NCBI GenBank assembly: GCA_035221665.1
Contig: CM069147.1
Location: 47,244,001 to 47,308,000 of the forward strand
DNA from: Okamejei kenojei
Taxonomy: Eukaryota
Reading direction: 5' to 3'
DNA length: 64,000 bases
Shown piece by piece: positions 1 to 14,499 of this stretch. The position numbers and the translations under genes are program-made. Each line of letters begins with the position of its first letter. The first letter of the stretch is position 1. The notes beneath the pieces are model-generated. The model was not told the origin of the DNA. It worked only from the letters and a program-made list of their open reading frames with translations, and did no database searches.

Positions 1-844
1 ACGCAAGAGATTTTGAGTGCAGGAGCAATGATGTCTTACAACAGTTTTACATGACCAAGGTGTAATCATAACTGGAGTTGTGATTACCAGACTGATTCCT
101 GGACATTTATACGAGGAGAGATTGGGTCCACGCGGCCCGAGTTTTGAATAGAAAGAGTGAATTGAATTGAATTGTACAAAATTAAGACAGTAAAATCACA
201 CAAACAAGAGTTGGAGTAGGCCATCTGGCCCCTCAAGCCTATGATCATGGCCCCATTGCTCATCTGGGCCAGTTGCCCAATTGCCCAATCTTTCAAATAA
301 TTTATCTTCCTTCGGTTTAATGCTTTAACCTCACAAAACGTTGGTGTAAAAAAAAACCTTTTCCCTCTGCATACATAAACTCCCGTGAATCATTATTAAA
401 AAAAACGTGTTATGTTGTAACAAGGACCCCTTTGGCAAACTGGTTGAAGGGAAAATGTAGTCTCGAAGAAGGATGGGCACTGTCTCAGGTTAAGGGGAAA
501 GTCATTAAGGAACAAGATGAGAAATCTCTTCACACTGAGGCTAATAAAACTGGAATTCTACCAGATTGCTGTAGAGGCTAAACAGCATAATATATTCAAG
601 AAGTAAATAGATAGACAAAAAAGTGGTATGACGAGAGATCTGGAATATGGTGCTGAGGTAGTGGGTCCTTGGAACAGGCTCAAAGGGCCAAATGGTCTAC
701 TCTTACTTTCGATGTTTCTGTGTTACTTATATTATGATCTAAATAATAATTGGGACTTTCCAGTTCATGCCATTTGAGAATAAATCTTGATCCCTCCTTT
801 TAAGAACAAAATACAATAGAGGGTTATATATAACCCAGCCTGTC

Positions 845-1697
845 ACGATCGACTATGTCATGCGGAAGACAATGAACAAACCTGACTTTGGAATACCGTG
901 GAGAACAGGAAGACGCCTCACAGGCCTAGACTTTGCCGTACTAGCAGAGTCGAGACACACCCTTCAAAGATGACAATACCGCTCTGGAGGAGAATGCATC
1001 AAGGGTTGGATTAAAGATCAGCTGCCAGAAGACTAAGACCATGCATACTGGAGACCAGTGGCCAATAGACCAACTGATATGGGGAACCTGTGGAAAACGC
1101 CACAAGATTTACCTATCTTGGCAGCATGTTCACAGTAGATGGAGATGTAGAGGTCGACATCAACTCCCAAATTGGTAAAGCTGCATCAGTATTCAGAAGA
1201 ATGCAGCCGATATGGTCTAGTGGCGGGATATCCAAGATGCTAAAAGTCAAGCTCTTCCAGTCCGTAGTCCTCCCTACAGCCCTCTATGCCAGTGAGACAT
1301 GGAAAATCAATGTGAAGATGAAAAATAAATTGGATGCATTCCAACAACGCTGCTTGAGGTAGATCATGAAGACTAGCTACAGAGACCACATCACAAACAA
1401 GGTGAAACTGCAACAAAGCCTCTCAGCCAGGACGTAGAGGTACGCAGGATGAAATTTGCAGGAAGTACTCAGAATGTGACAAGAACGTGCACCTAAAATA
1501 GCAATGATATGGCAACCTGACGGAAGAAGGAAAAGAGGCTGACCAAAACTAACATGGAGGTGAACATTCCTGAAGGATTTGGAAGCCCGGGATGCTAACG
1601 TATCGAGGGTGGAAGACGTCACACATGACCAAACAGAGTGACAAAAGCTTGCTGCCCAATGCACTCAACAGTGTGGGAGGAACTAAGTCCAAGTAAT
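845..1697 (+). mobile_element. 5'-truncated RTE-clade LINE relic
   Basis: Decayed RT C-terminus (LDFA.., FTYLGS, IGKAASVF, LYASETW, FQQRCLR) ending in a CTAAGT-like tail. Confidence 0.75.
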
Positions 1698-2965
1698 TCA
1701 GTGCTTGCTCCAAGCAATACAGAGTAAAAGGCCAATCCTGGGATGCTGAAAAATTGATTCCAAATTATGATAATGACTTTTGAAACCTTTATGATTACTG
1801 TTTCTTTTGAAGGACACAAGCCTGACCAGTACATTGAGTTTTAATAGTAACGAGCTCTTCAGATTTGGGTGTTTCCGTAAATAAGGGTGATGTGTGACCT
1901 GTGACATGGGTGGCCAAATTTGAAAGTAGTTAAATCATAATGAAATAGCACAGCATTAAAAATGGGCATACCTATGATCCTTTTGAACTAATCTGTAATC
2001 AAAATCGGCCATAATTTGACCAAAATTTAATGCTTTTAAAATGTGGAAAGAATTTTTAATTTATATGACATATGGGACATTGCCTCTTATACCAATTTCT
2101 AAGCTCCCTTACAAAATGTCGGTACATAACCCACCACGAGGCCTGTAGTTCATGTCATGGTCATTACAATCACATTGTTTGAATTTTTTAAATCGTGACA
2201 AGTGCAAAAAAATTCAAGTTATAACATTGACGAGGTCAGACAACGGGAGGGATTACAGAATGAGATATTGATAAAATGGGTGAGATTTTTATTTCATTTT
2301 AAGTTCTATTCATTATTAAGTATTTCACTGGAAAACTCAAACAAAAAATATAAACAATAAAAAAGAAACAATAAATATAAAAAAGTGACCAGAGGGACTC
2401 GCGTTCTGCTGCATAAACCTTGGGGCATCAGAAAACTATCTTATCGGGTGATAAATCATAAAAATTAAGCATAATCAGAATTTGGCGAATAGTTTTTTAA
2501 TTGCAAAATTAATGTAATATTTCTGGTATAAATTAGCCTAAGCGTTTGATGAAATCCTGCTTGAAAAATGTTACAAGAAAAGACAAGAAAACACAGGGAC
2601 ACATCTGATATTTTTCTTTGTAAAAACAGATTCTTTTATTTTTGCTTCATCTTATTATTTTGGCTATACACCATGATCAATACTACTTAAAATACATGAT
2701 ATGAAACAATGGAAATATTACATTAAAAAACAGGAAAATAGCCTGAATGTTTGGAGACCAGTTTTACTCCTGTGCTGCATTTATGGAAACACCCATTTCC
2801 TGCTGACTTCCATGAACAAAAGCTGGTTATCTTGTTTCTTGGATAATAGTAAATTAAAACTTTACGTGTGTTTATGTGCATGTTAATATATTTCCTGTAA
2901 ATTTTTGAGGAGGATTTTCTTGGAATGTGCATTTCTGACGTTTCTGATTTTTTTTTTTTTGACAG

Positions 2966-3091
2966 GAAACTAGATATCGTCAGAGGTACCTGGATATGAT
3001 CTTAAATGATTATGTGAGGCTGAAATTCATCACCAGGGCCAAAATCATCACCTATTTACGGACATTTTTAGATAATCTCGGATTTCTTGAG
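2966..3091 (+). CDS. KARS1: Lysyl-tRNA synthetase, internal coding exon (first in window)
   Basis: Poly-T + ACAG acceptor; translates [42 protein letters not shown] (class II LysRS, start of motif 1); donor GAG|GCAAGT. Confidence 0.96.
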
Positions 3092-3149
3092 GCAAGTCTC
3101 TGCACTTCTATCATAAATCTATCATAAATTATTCTGTGTAAAAAAAGAA

Positions 3150-3525
3150 TTACAGATGCTGGTTTAAATCGAAGGTAGACACAAAATGCTGGAGTAGCTC
3201 AGCGGGTGAGGCAGCATCTCTGGAGAGAAGGAATGGGCGACGTTTCGGGTCGAGACCCTTTTTCAGACTGATGTCGGGAGGGGGCGGGACAAAGATAGAA
3301 TGTAATCGGAGACAGTAAGACTAGTGGGAGAACTGGGATGGGGAAGGCGATGGAGAGAGAGGGAGAGCAAGGGCTATCTGAAATTAGAAAAGTCAATGTT
3401 CATACCGCTGGGATGTAAACTACCCAAGTGAAATATGAGGTGCTGTTCCTCCAATTTGCGCTGGGCCTCACTCTGACAATGGAGGAGGCCCAGGACAGAA
3501 AGGTCAGATTGGAAATGGGAGGGGA
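3150..3525 (-). mobile_element. Penelope-like element 3' end / pseudo-LTR
   Basis: Minus strand carries the GIY-YIG tail (EEQHLIFHLGSLHPSGMNIDFSNF) and the terminal repeat seen throughout the window. Confidence 0.8.
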
Positions 3526-3899
3526 ATTTAATTTATTTTGATTTTTGTTTAGCTTTCTTAATTAATGAATTTCTGCAGTGGCATCAAAACTCTTAACCCA
3601 GTGAGTTTGAAATTGGGAGTTTGAGATGCTGGATAGATTTTTTTTTTAAATTATCAGGACTTGGTACTGAAAAGGCCAATTGCTCTTAGTGGATAAATCA
3701 CTGGTCCAAATCAGGATGGATCCATGGTTATTGAGGAAGGTATGGGAGAAAGATGTGAATGACTTGGATATAATCTTCCAAACATCCAGATGTAGTGCTT
3801 GTGTATTGGAAAACTAAGTGTTACACCTTTCTTTAATAAAACTACGCAGAAGTCACACCAGTAACTTAAAGACCTCAATCTTTGGGAAATTTCTGTTAA

Positions 3900-4420
3900 C
3901 AATAATTGGACAAATGTGCACTGATCAGAAAAGTCAGTGTGGATTTGTTGAAGGCAGATCTTGTCTAATTAACTTGATAAAGATTTATGATGAAGTGGCA
4001 TGGAGGGTCAGTTAATGTTGGGTATGTTGTTTATCTGGATCTAGACCTCCAAAATATGTTTGATAAGGTGCCACATACTAAACGTGTCATCAAAATTGAA
4101 GGTGATGAAATGAAAGGTTGTGCAGCAACATGGATAGACAACTAGCTGATTAACAGAAAATAGAGCAGTAAGGAAAGGTTTGTTTTTGGACTTAAAGGAA
4201 ATGTACATTGGAGTTTCTGAGGGATCAATAGTAGGAGAACTGCTTTTAATACACATCAGTGACTTGTACCTCTGTAAAACTAGATAGATTTTGCAGATTT
4301 GGAGATGACACAAAACTTGGAAGAATAGTGAACTAAGAAGGACATAAGGAATAGAAGCAGGAGTTTACCATTCAACCCGTTATGCCTGCTTTGCTTTCAA
4401 TACGTTAGTGGCTGATTTTA
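3900..4420 (+). mobile_element. Old CR1 LINE RT relic
   Basis: SQCGFVEGRSCLINL and YLD..K.FDKVPH remnants with many stops. Confidence 0.7.
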
Positions 4421-4625
4421 TTTTTTAACCAATATTTCTTTACTGATGCTAACCCATATTTCTTTGTTCTTATTATGGTAATAAACTTCACAGAGACAAG
4501 CCAGTGGAATTGGCTGATAGGGGCAGGTAAAATTATAAAACTGAGAAATGTGAAATGGTAGATATGTGTGAGAGGAATGAGAAGTGGTAATAAAAACCAA
4601 AGCCCAATTTAAAAAATGAGAGAAT

Positions 4626-4940
4626 CATAGCATCATAGAAAATAGGTGCAGGAGTAGGCCATTCGGCCCTTCGAGCCTTGCACCGCCATTCAATATGATC
4701 ATGGCTGATCATCCAACTCAGTATCATGTACCTGCCTTCTCTTCATACCCCCTGATCCCTTTAGCCACAAGGGCCACATCTAACTCCCTCTTAAATATAG
4801 CAATGAACTGGCCTCAACTACCTTCTGTGGCAGAGACTCACCACTCTCTGTGTGAAAAAAGATCTTCTCATCTTGGTCCTAAAAGACTTCCCCCTTATCC
4901 TTAAACTGTGACCCCACGTTCTGGAGTTTCCCAACATTGG
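4626..4940 (-). mobile_element. CR1 LINE 3' end
   Basis: Reverse complement of the 3' UTR at 33400-33695 (same family). Confidence 0.85.
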
Positions 4941-5354
4941 AGAGAGATTTGAAGTGTTCAATAAAATTGGTCTTTACTAACTGCAATCATGATAAATCTT
5001 GTTAAAACGCTCTTTCTGGCACAGAGTATTGTTAAAGGCAGCGCACATTTGAAACGATGCAAAACTTTAGAAACAATGTAATAGAGATTTATAACAATGT
5101 TTTCAAGAATGAAGGACTTCAATTGTATGGATAACCAGCTAAAGTGAAAAATTTCTGCATGGAACAGAGAAGTTTGCAAGGGCTACATTTCATTCTGGTG
5201 GAGAAAAGGAAATGTGGAAAGTGATTAGTCTTGTAGAATTGATTGAGTGCATTTGGAACTTGATATAGCACATTTAACCTTTTTTTAATAGATACAATAT
5301 ATTTTGTGTGTTTTAACAACTTTGGTCCAATTTATGTAAATATCCTCCATCTAG

Positions 5355-5504
<150 letters not shown>

Positions 5505-5599
5505 TAAAGTGAAAAGAGCAGGAATGTGATTTTTTTGGGGATACTCTTCTTGTGACTGGTAGTTATAATATGATTTAATTAATATGGTAGTCATTATAC

Positions 5600-5830
5600 A
5601 TATAATGTCATTCAACAAGTAATCTGTTAATCAACTCGGGTAAGTGATAATGTTTGTCAGTGAAATGATGTTCTGGGGACTGGGTAACTCCGTGGCTCTT
5701 CTCTGATTCTTGCTATGGGATAATTTAAGCCCATCTAAGAATGGATTTGCTGGATCACACACAAATAACTGTATCACTCTCTTGACATTACATTGAAGTA
5801 TGAATTTAGATATAATCTGCAGGTCAATCC
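5600..5830 (-). mobile_element. Ancient Deu-domain SINE (SacSINE1-like) relic
   Basis: Degenerate similarity to the Deu-SINE core as recalled; not searched. Confidence 0.4.
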
Positions 5831-6757
5831 TAGGGTATGTGATGCTTCCTTCTGGCTGTCTTGTGTAGCTCTGTAAGGCACTAGTAATTGTCTAATTGTT
5901 AACTATTGATGTGAAGAAGGGGTTGTTATTTGAATGATCCAATCGGGTAGGATTGTGTGCGGTAATATATTGCTTCACAAGACATGTACCTGGGTGGCTT
6001 GTGGAGGTCCTTGTGTCAATCGTATTTACAAATTGCGCTATTTAAATAAAAACCTGTTTTCCTAAATTAATCTCGTGCGCTTTATAAAAAGTGGAAACAG
6101 AAAATGTTGTTGAAGACAGAATGAAGAACTGGTGAAGATGCACCAAAGACGGCAAGGAATGAGGGCATCATGTATGTTACAGGAGCACTAGAGACATCAA
6201 GCAATAAAGACAGTGAGGAGGACCAGGTGTGAGAGGACTTGCACGCTGGTGAAGCTGATCAGAATGGGAAAACTGATTGACATTTTAGTAAATGGCACAC
6301 TGACATCAATAGTAAATGCGTCTAGAGCAGTAATTGGGATGTCAAGAGGAACAGATTATCTCATGTTTCTATTATATGAACAGCAAACCGCTGTGCGCAC
6401 AAATGATTAACTTTGTTGTTTCCGGGGTCAATTTTATGGCGTCAAATGGATTAAGCCACATATTTAGAAGGCAATTGATAGCTATGCATAAGCAAATGTC
6501 TTGACTCAAAAGGGTTCATACTTGTTTTCCCCAGGGCAAAATAAAAGCCAGTGCCACAGCTGGAGTATAGCCTCTGGCTTGTTATCTTGCATACGCGCAT
6601 ATCTGGTTATGTTTGATTACATTAAAGAAATGCCTTGAGGAGTGGAGGGGCTTGGGATATTTTTGTATTGTCAATCAGGGTACCTATAACCAAATAACAG
6701 TAGTTTCATCACCCTAGACTGCACACTCAAGTCCCAATGTGAGGACGAATGCTCTGA

Positions 6758-6958
<201 letters not shown>

Positions 6959-7438
6959 TAATATGATTCATAGCATTGAACAAATGAATTCCAGTATGTC
7001 ATGGATTATTTATGGAGATTAGAAACTTTAGGAATGATTGTTAATTTTTGTGTGATATAATCTTAGTTTGTTTCACCTCTCTTTGTGTCCTGAAGTGATG
7101 CTCTGAAATTTTAACATTGACTCCAGCTTGTGCTGCCATTTTGTCAGTAACATTATTCATAAATTAAATTTTAACACGGAGTGTTGGTGGGATTTTTAAC
7201 TCTTGAGAGGAGGAGCATTTGTGAAGTTTTGGAATATACAGTTGTCATCTGATAGCCATAACTGCATCCTTCCAGCAGAAAATTGTGCATAATGATTGGC
7301 AAGCCTGATGTATTTTTCTTTTAATCTTACCTTCCTTACTAAACAAATTGTGGCCCCACCAAGTTGGCTTACATGTTGCCGAAGTGGATCTGACCTAGCA
7401 TCTTTTCAGAATTTAAGCATGAAGTTTTACTTTTACAG

Positions 7439-7612
7439 GTATGGTTAAACACATAACAGGTGGTTATAAGATTACATACCACCCTGATGGACCTGAAGGC
7501 CAGAGTTATGAGATTGACTTCACACCACCATTCAAGCGTCTCAGTTTGACAGCAGATTTGGAGAAAACTCTGGGGGAGAAATTTCCAAGTCCTGATCAAT
7601 ATGATACTGAAG
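7439..7612 (+). CDS. KARS1: Lysyl-tRNA synthetase exon
   Basis: TTTACAG|(G)[57 protein letters not shown]|GTAAGC; 174 nt, phase 1-1. Confidence 0.97.
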
Positions 7613-8321
7613 GTAAGCATGGATTTTTCTTATAACATTTTTAATCAAAGATGTCAACCTGGAGGCTGTGAAAATTACTATTCTTTTCTGCTCCTTAAAA
7701 TTTAATCTTAAGTTACTGAATCATTGATCCGATTGATCAGTCTTTCACTAGCTGTTCTCAATTCTTTAGCGGCTTCAGAAATATCTTATTTTGCACCCAG
7801 CTGTATCAAGAAAACTGCTCGGTGCATGTACTCTGCCTGATGAATGTACTATTGCATCTAGAATCTTCCAGAAACCTACCTTTTTATACCTCTATATGCT
7901 GAACCTAAATTAATCTTCCCTTCGTGATATAGTATAAAATTACACTAACCTGGATTGCATGATCAGTGGCAAGGAGCCATGTTCACTGCTGATATTTGCG
8001 TTAGGTTATAGCTTCCCTTTTATAGTCACTGGAAACTTGGTGAACTGAAAAGAAAACTTCATTCAAGACCGATTATCAGTGACCAACTTAGCTCCCCAAG
8101 TATTTATAAAAATATATTTTCTACTCAGATTCTTGCAAAAGCATACCCCCTTTCTCTTCCTATTGCTCCCTGCCCCCAGCTTATTGGTGCAAATGAGTTG
8201 TCAAATACCCAGGGCATAAACTCCCTTCAAGTTTTAGCTGTTCTAGTATGCCCTTGCTCTTGGTAGATCTCTTTGTGTGAATACACTATTTCGATACACC
8301 TTGAGATATTTTCCAACATTA

Positions 8322-9030
8322 AGTCAAGTCAAGAGTGTTTCATTGCCATATGGACCAGGAACAGAAGAATGAAATTCTTACTTGCTGCAGTTTTTACAGG
8401 CACATTAGCGCAAAAACATAACAAACAAATATACAGTAAATAATAATCAAATAAATTAGGTTATACTGGATAACCAGACTATAACAGCAAGCTGAAGTAC
8501 AAGTGTAACCCTTCTACAAAACAGAGTAGTTGGCGCTGAGGTAAGGCTGTGGTTAGGATTGTACTGTGCAGTTCGTGAATCTGATGTTTGATGGGAAGAA
8601 ACTGTTCTTGAACCCAGAGGTAACCGTTCTCATGCTTCGGATGGTAGCAACGAGATGAGAATGTGGCCAGTGTGGTCTGAGTCTCTGATGACATGCCTTC
8701 TTGAAGCGCATCCTGTAGATCCCTTCGAAGTCGGTGTGGTCATTACCAATGATAGACTGAGCAATGTCCACCACTTTCTGCAGCCTCCTACATTCCTGGG
8801 CATTGGAGTTCCTGATGCTCCCCATTTCTCACCTGTAGAGAGGTTCAAGAAAATGCCAAATCTCCTTGAACTTCTGAATTAGTGGCATTGATGAGCTTTC
8901 TTTGTGATTGCATCAATATACTGGGCCCAGGACAGACCATCAGAGGATCTTGAAGCTGTTGATGAGCTCCACTGCCATTCCAGTGAGGAAGCCAAGTTCA
9001 TGGACCTTGCTTTCCCTTCCTGAAGTAAAA
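8322..9030 (-). mobile_element. Rex/Babar-like LINE 3' relic
   Basis: Minus ORF remnant NSNAQECRRLQKVVDIAQSIIG..., FKNSFFPS; tail (CTTGA)n on minus strand. Confidence 0.7.
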
Positions 9031-10536
9031 AATATTGTAAATTCATATTCTTCTTAAATCTGACACATTACGTACTGTGCAGATATAGAAACGCGTCACC
9101 CAACCTAAATTGCCAATTCTGGTGTTAATGCTCTGTCTGAGCTTCTATTTTAAATTTATTCATTCAGTATAACTTACTGTTCTTGTGTTTATCCAGCTTT
9201 GCGTTTGCTTTTTGCTTTAACTAACCGTTCTGAGAACTTTTTGGTTAATAACATGGTGACTTTTGTTATATTTTGTACAATATGACATTATTTAATATTA
9301 TTCCTAAATATTGGTATGCAGGAGTTTGTGGATTCTGTGATTTGAGCATTCATGGAAAGTTAAATTGCATGTAAGCAGGTAATTAGGAGGCAGGTGATAA
9401 GAAAACCTTCACTGTCAGTAGGTTGGAGTGTAAGGGGAAAGAGGTATAGCTGAACTTGCATGAGCCTCTTGTCAGTGCCTTGCTGAATAAAGGATGCATT
9501 TGGCTTGGAAGGTTTGCATTGAAAGTTCACCAGATATATTTCTGAGATAACAACCTGTTGAGAAATTAAGTGGATTCATATTCTTTAGAGTTCAAAACAA
9601 AATGAGAGATGACGGTGTATGTGTTTCTCCGAGAGGGCTAAAGGTTAGATGCCGAGATTTTTCTTTCTCTGTCTGACAGTGTAGAGTTAACAGTTCTAGT
9701 TTCAGGATGGTGGTCAGCCTTTACGAAATGAAATGAAAAATGCACTCATTGAGAGGGTTTGGAATCATCATTGAGAGTGTTTGGAGATCACTGGATGCTC
9801 AGACTGAGTAAATTCAAGACTGAAATCAATATTTTTTGCATGCTAATGAAATTAAGGGGGTGGAACAGAGAAGTGAAAACTAAAAGTTCAGCCTTTGTCT
9901 TACTGAATTGTGGTTGAGACTTGAGGGGAGTGTGACCTCTTATTTCCGTGCTCTTGTATAAACTATACAGTTTTAGTGACATCTCATTATTTCGGATGAC
10001 ACAATTAAATAGTATCCATATCTTCAATCTCAAGTAATCATTTCTAGTGCAAATGTTCACAGGAAAAAATAGAATCTCATATCACTTAATTGAGAAGCCT
10101 CAGTTAAGAATCTAACCCTAGTTCTACGGTGATTGGGTGAAAGTTTTGTAATGACTTGTTGCACACAAAGTCAAACAAAAGTGCCACTGTGTTTAGGAAA
10201 ATAAGAGCCAGGATCAGAGAGGAATAACCCTCTGACCTGCTTCCATATTCAACAAGATCATGGCTTTGACTGACTTGGCTTCAGACTCACTTTCCTTTCA
10301 GTTGCATGTAACAATTGACTCCTGAATAGTCCAATAATTTATCTTGACCACATCAACGACTCATCCTCCAGAGCTCTATGATTTAGGAAATTCCAAAGAA
10401 TCACGAACTCCTGAGATATAAATCTTTCCTCTGGTCCATCATAAATTGACTTATTCGGAATTTATAATTTCCTTTAATAGAATTGAATGGTTCATTTAAT
10501 AGCATCATGAATTTCAATTTCATTTTATGTGAACAG

Positions 10537-10622
10537 AGGCTCGTAAATTCTTTGATGACATATGCGCCCGGAAAGGTGTTGAATGTTCACCTCCGAGATC
10601 TACATCCAGGCTTTTAGATAAG
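10537..10622 (+). CDS. KARS1: Lysyl-tRNA synthetase exon
   Basis: AACAG|(E)[28 protein letters not shown]|GTACAG; 86 nt. Confidence 0.95.
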
Positions 10623-11280
10623 GTACAGTTAAAATTCATTATTTAAATCGGGTTCTTGATTGCACACTAATTTGATAATGGGGCTATAACAAATTGGTTA
10701 AATGGCAAAATAATTTGCAAGAGCGCTCTTAGAATGTTGCATCTTGCAATTAACATTGTTATTTCTTTAAAGTGAGATTTGTATACCTAATTCATTTTAT
10801 ATTTTCATTTTACTTTGTAGTCTGCTCTTTAAGTATGAGCCTGGAATTACTGTGACAAATAAGAAAAGTTTGTTGACACTTATTTAAACCTATAAATTGA
10901 AGTTTTTCTTGTCTATAGGAAATAACTCCTACTGTCATGTGTTTGAGAGATTTTGCCTCCTAGTGAGATGACAAATGAAGCAGCAACTTTGTTGTTTCTT
11001 TCAATAGAGTCATAGGGCGTTGAAACAGGCCCTTTGGCCCAAATTGCCCATGCTGACCATGCCACAATAATGTGTGATGACTGTACTCCAGGATATTTTT
11101 AATATCACTTTTCCTCTTCCACATTTTCAGTGGACATAACTAAATTCAAAGAGCAGGATAGATTTTACAATGCATCTATCTCATATCTGCAAAAAAATTG
11201 AAAATTGAGTTTGCAAGCTAGTTTGTTTACCAATTGGTGTCCTCCTGATTTGCTATCCATATCCGATGTGGGATGTATAG

Positions 11281-11424
<144 letters not shown>

Positions 11425-11464
11425 TAAGGGTCAAACATCAAATACAACCAGGAGTAACATAATA

Positions 11465-12659
11465 TATGTTGTCTATATGGATTTCAGTAAGGCCTTTGAC
11501 AAGGTTCCCCATGGAAGGTTGGTTAAGAAGGTTCAATCTTTGGGTGTAAATGGCGGAGTAGCAAGATGGATTCAACAGTGGCTGAATGGGGGATGTCAGA
11601 GAGTAATGGTGGATGGCTGTTTGTCAGGTTGGAAGCCGGTGACCAGTGGGGTGCCTCAGGGATCTGTGTTGGGTCCACTGTTGTTTGTCATGTACATCAA
11701 TGATCTGGATGATGGGGTGGAAAATTGGATAAGTAAGTATGCAGATGATACTGAGATAGGTGGTGTTGTGGATAATGAAGTAGATTTTCAAAGTCTACAG
11801 AGAGATTTGGGCCATTTGGAAAAGTGGGCTGAAAGATGGCAGATGGAGTTTAATGCTGTTAAGTGTGAAGTGCTACATCTTGGCAGGACAAATCAAAATA
11901 GGACGTACATGGTAAATGGTAGGGAATTGAGGAATGCTGTGGAAACAGAGGGATCTAGGAATAACTGTGCATAGTTCCCTGAGGGTGGAATCGCATGTAG
12001 ATAGGGTGGTAAAGAAAGCCTTTGGTGTGCTGGCCTTTATAAATCAGAGCATTGAATATAGGAGTAGGGAAGTAATGTTAAAATTGTACAAGGCATTGGT
12101 AAGACCAATTCTGGAGTATGGTGTACAATTTTGGTCGCCTAATTATAGGAAGGATGTCAACAAAATAGAGAGAGTACAGAGGAGATTTACTAGAATGTTG
12201 CCAGGGTTCCAGCAACTATGTTACAGAGAAAGGTTGAACAAGTTAGGTCTTTATTCTTTGGAGCGCAGAAGGTTAAGGGGGGACTTGATTGAGGTCTTTA
12301 AAATGATGAAAGGGATAGACAGAGTTGACATGGATACGTTTTTCCCATTGAGGGTAGGGAAGATTCAAACAAGAGGGCATGACATGAGAATTAAGGGACA
12401 GAAGTTTAGGGGTAACGTGAGGGGGAACCTCTTTACTCAGAGGGTGGTGGCTGTGTGGAATGAGCTTCCAGCAGAAGTGGTGGAGGCAGGATCGATTTTA
12501 ACATTTAAAAGTAAAGTGGATAGGTATATGGACGGGAAGGGAATGGAGGGGTATGATCTGAGTGCAGGTAGATGGGACAAGGGGAAAACAAATGGTCGGC
12601 ACGGACTGGAAGGGCCGAGAGGGCCTGTTTCCTTGCTGTAATTGTTATATGGTTATATG
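11465..12659 (+). mobile_element. 5'-truncated, young CR1 LINE (RT and 3' UTR)
   Basis: MDFSKAFDKVPH, GVPQGSVLGP, YADD; one frameshift between ORFs 11477-11974 and 11934-12641; (GTTATATG)2 tail. Confidence 0.93.
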
Positions 12660-13403
12660 TAACTTTCTGTTTCAGCCGTGCTTTGTTCATATCATTAGAA
12701 AGTGGGGAGAGAAAATGTGCATGGACTGTGGATTGATTTTGAGGAACATGAATGTGAAGAGGAAGCAGTGGGTTGGGCACCTTCCTTTTTCATGAAATTG
12801 CCACACCATGGTGCTTTTGTTTTGGCACAGAGAGAGTGTACTTGAAGGAGACAGACGGTCTATGACTTAAACCTGTGATACATTCTGGGTGATTACTTTA
12901 TTCCTGTCTGTGCTTGCATGTAAAGCTTCAAATTAGTCTCTCTGTTGAAAATAAGGTCCTTAAGGTCATTGAGAAGAGAGGGTAGAATATAAAAACAAGA
13001 TGAAATTGAGTTTTTTCCCATGATTTTGCAATAATTAGATCAAAAAGTGACGTGACAGTCAAGCAAAGTGAAATGTTGAATGTGTCAAATTATTAGTTGC
13101 AGAATTGATATTTACAGTATTGTTCCTCATTTGTAAAAAATTATGAGCAGAAATCATGCAGCATTCAATTAACAGCAAATGTCACATAGTGGAACGTAAA
13201 ATCTTATTGTGAACATGTTACAGAGAATTTCCAAAGTTGTATAACATTGTAAGTATAATTTTCGTTGCCCTGCAGTCATACATGTGTTTTGTTATTTTAT
13301 TAAATGTATGACTGCAAGGCAACGAAATTTCGTTCAGACCGAAAGGTCTGAATGACAATAAAGAATGACAATAAAGGATACTTTACTTTATAAGTACAAC
13401 TGA

Positions 13404-13568
<165 letters not shown>

Positions 13569-14499
13569 TGACCATAATTCTACAAGTAGATTGATATTGA
13601 GATGTTTGTTATGTTGCCTAGATCTGTTTCCCTATGATGAACGATTGTGCAACTCAAATAGGTATTTAGCAGCATTACCAGTTTAATATAGTTTAAAGTG
13701 CACACCAAAGATTGTGAGCAGCAGGATTAAAACCCCTGTCTCACTGTGCGAGTTGGCCCACGAGTGACCCCGAGTTTTCACTCGTGGTGATCACGTAGCG
13801 GGAACGTCGGAACTCGCACGAGCAACTTATCGACTCGTGGCGCTAACGGCAGGTACTCGGGAAACTTGTTAACTCGTGAAAAAAATCAAACATGTTTGAT
13901 TTTTTCCACGAGTCAAATTAACTGTTCAAGTGTAAAATGGAAACATTTTAACTCGTTGCAATAACGTAGTGGCCCCGTGCGTTTATCTTAGTGTCTCGTG
14001 AGTGTACCGTGGGAACTTTAATAATCTGTTCTTTTGCTCGTAAGACTGAACCAAAGATAGACACAAAATGCTGGAGTTTATAACTCAGCGGACCAGGCAG
14101 CATCTCTGGAGAGAAGGAATAGAGTCGAGACCCTTCTTCAGACTTTCCTTCGCTCCAGAGATGCAGCCTGTCCCGCAGAGTTACTCCAGCATTTCGTGTC
14201 TATCTTCGGCCTTTCTGCCACTTGTCCCCGTGGCTTCACTCTGTCTCAATGAACGGCTTAAAGACCTGCCGAAGGGGCAAGTCTGGGGTGGTGGGTGGGA
14301 TGTGTCCACGTGTGATGCTCCATCCACCCCCCCGGGGCCGAGAGTGTGGGATTGGGAACACCGGAGATAGACACACACAATGCTGGAGTAACTCGGCGGG
14401 ACAGGCAGCATCTCTGGAGCGAAGGAATGGGTGGCATTTCGGGTAAGTCTGAAGAAGGGTCTCGACTCTATTCCTTCTCTCCAGAGATGCTGCCATGTC

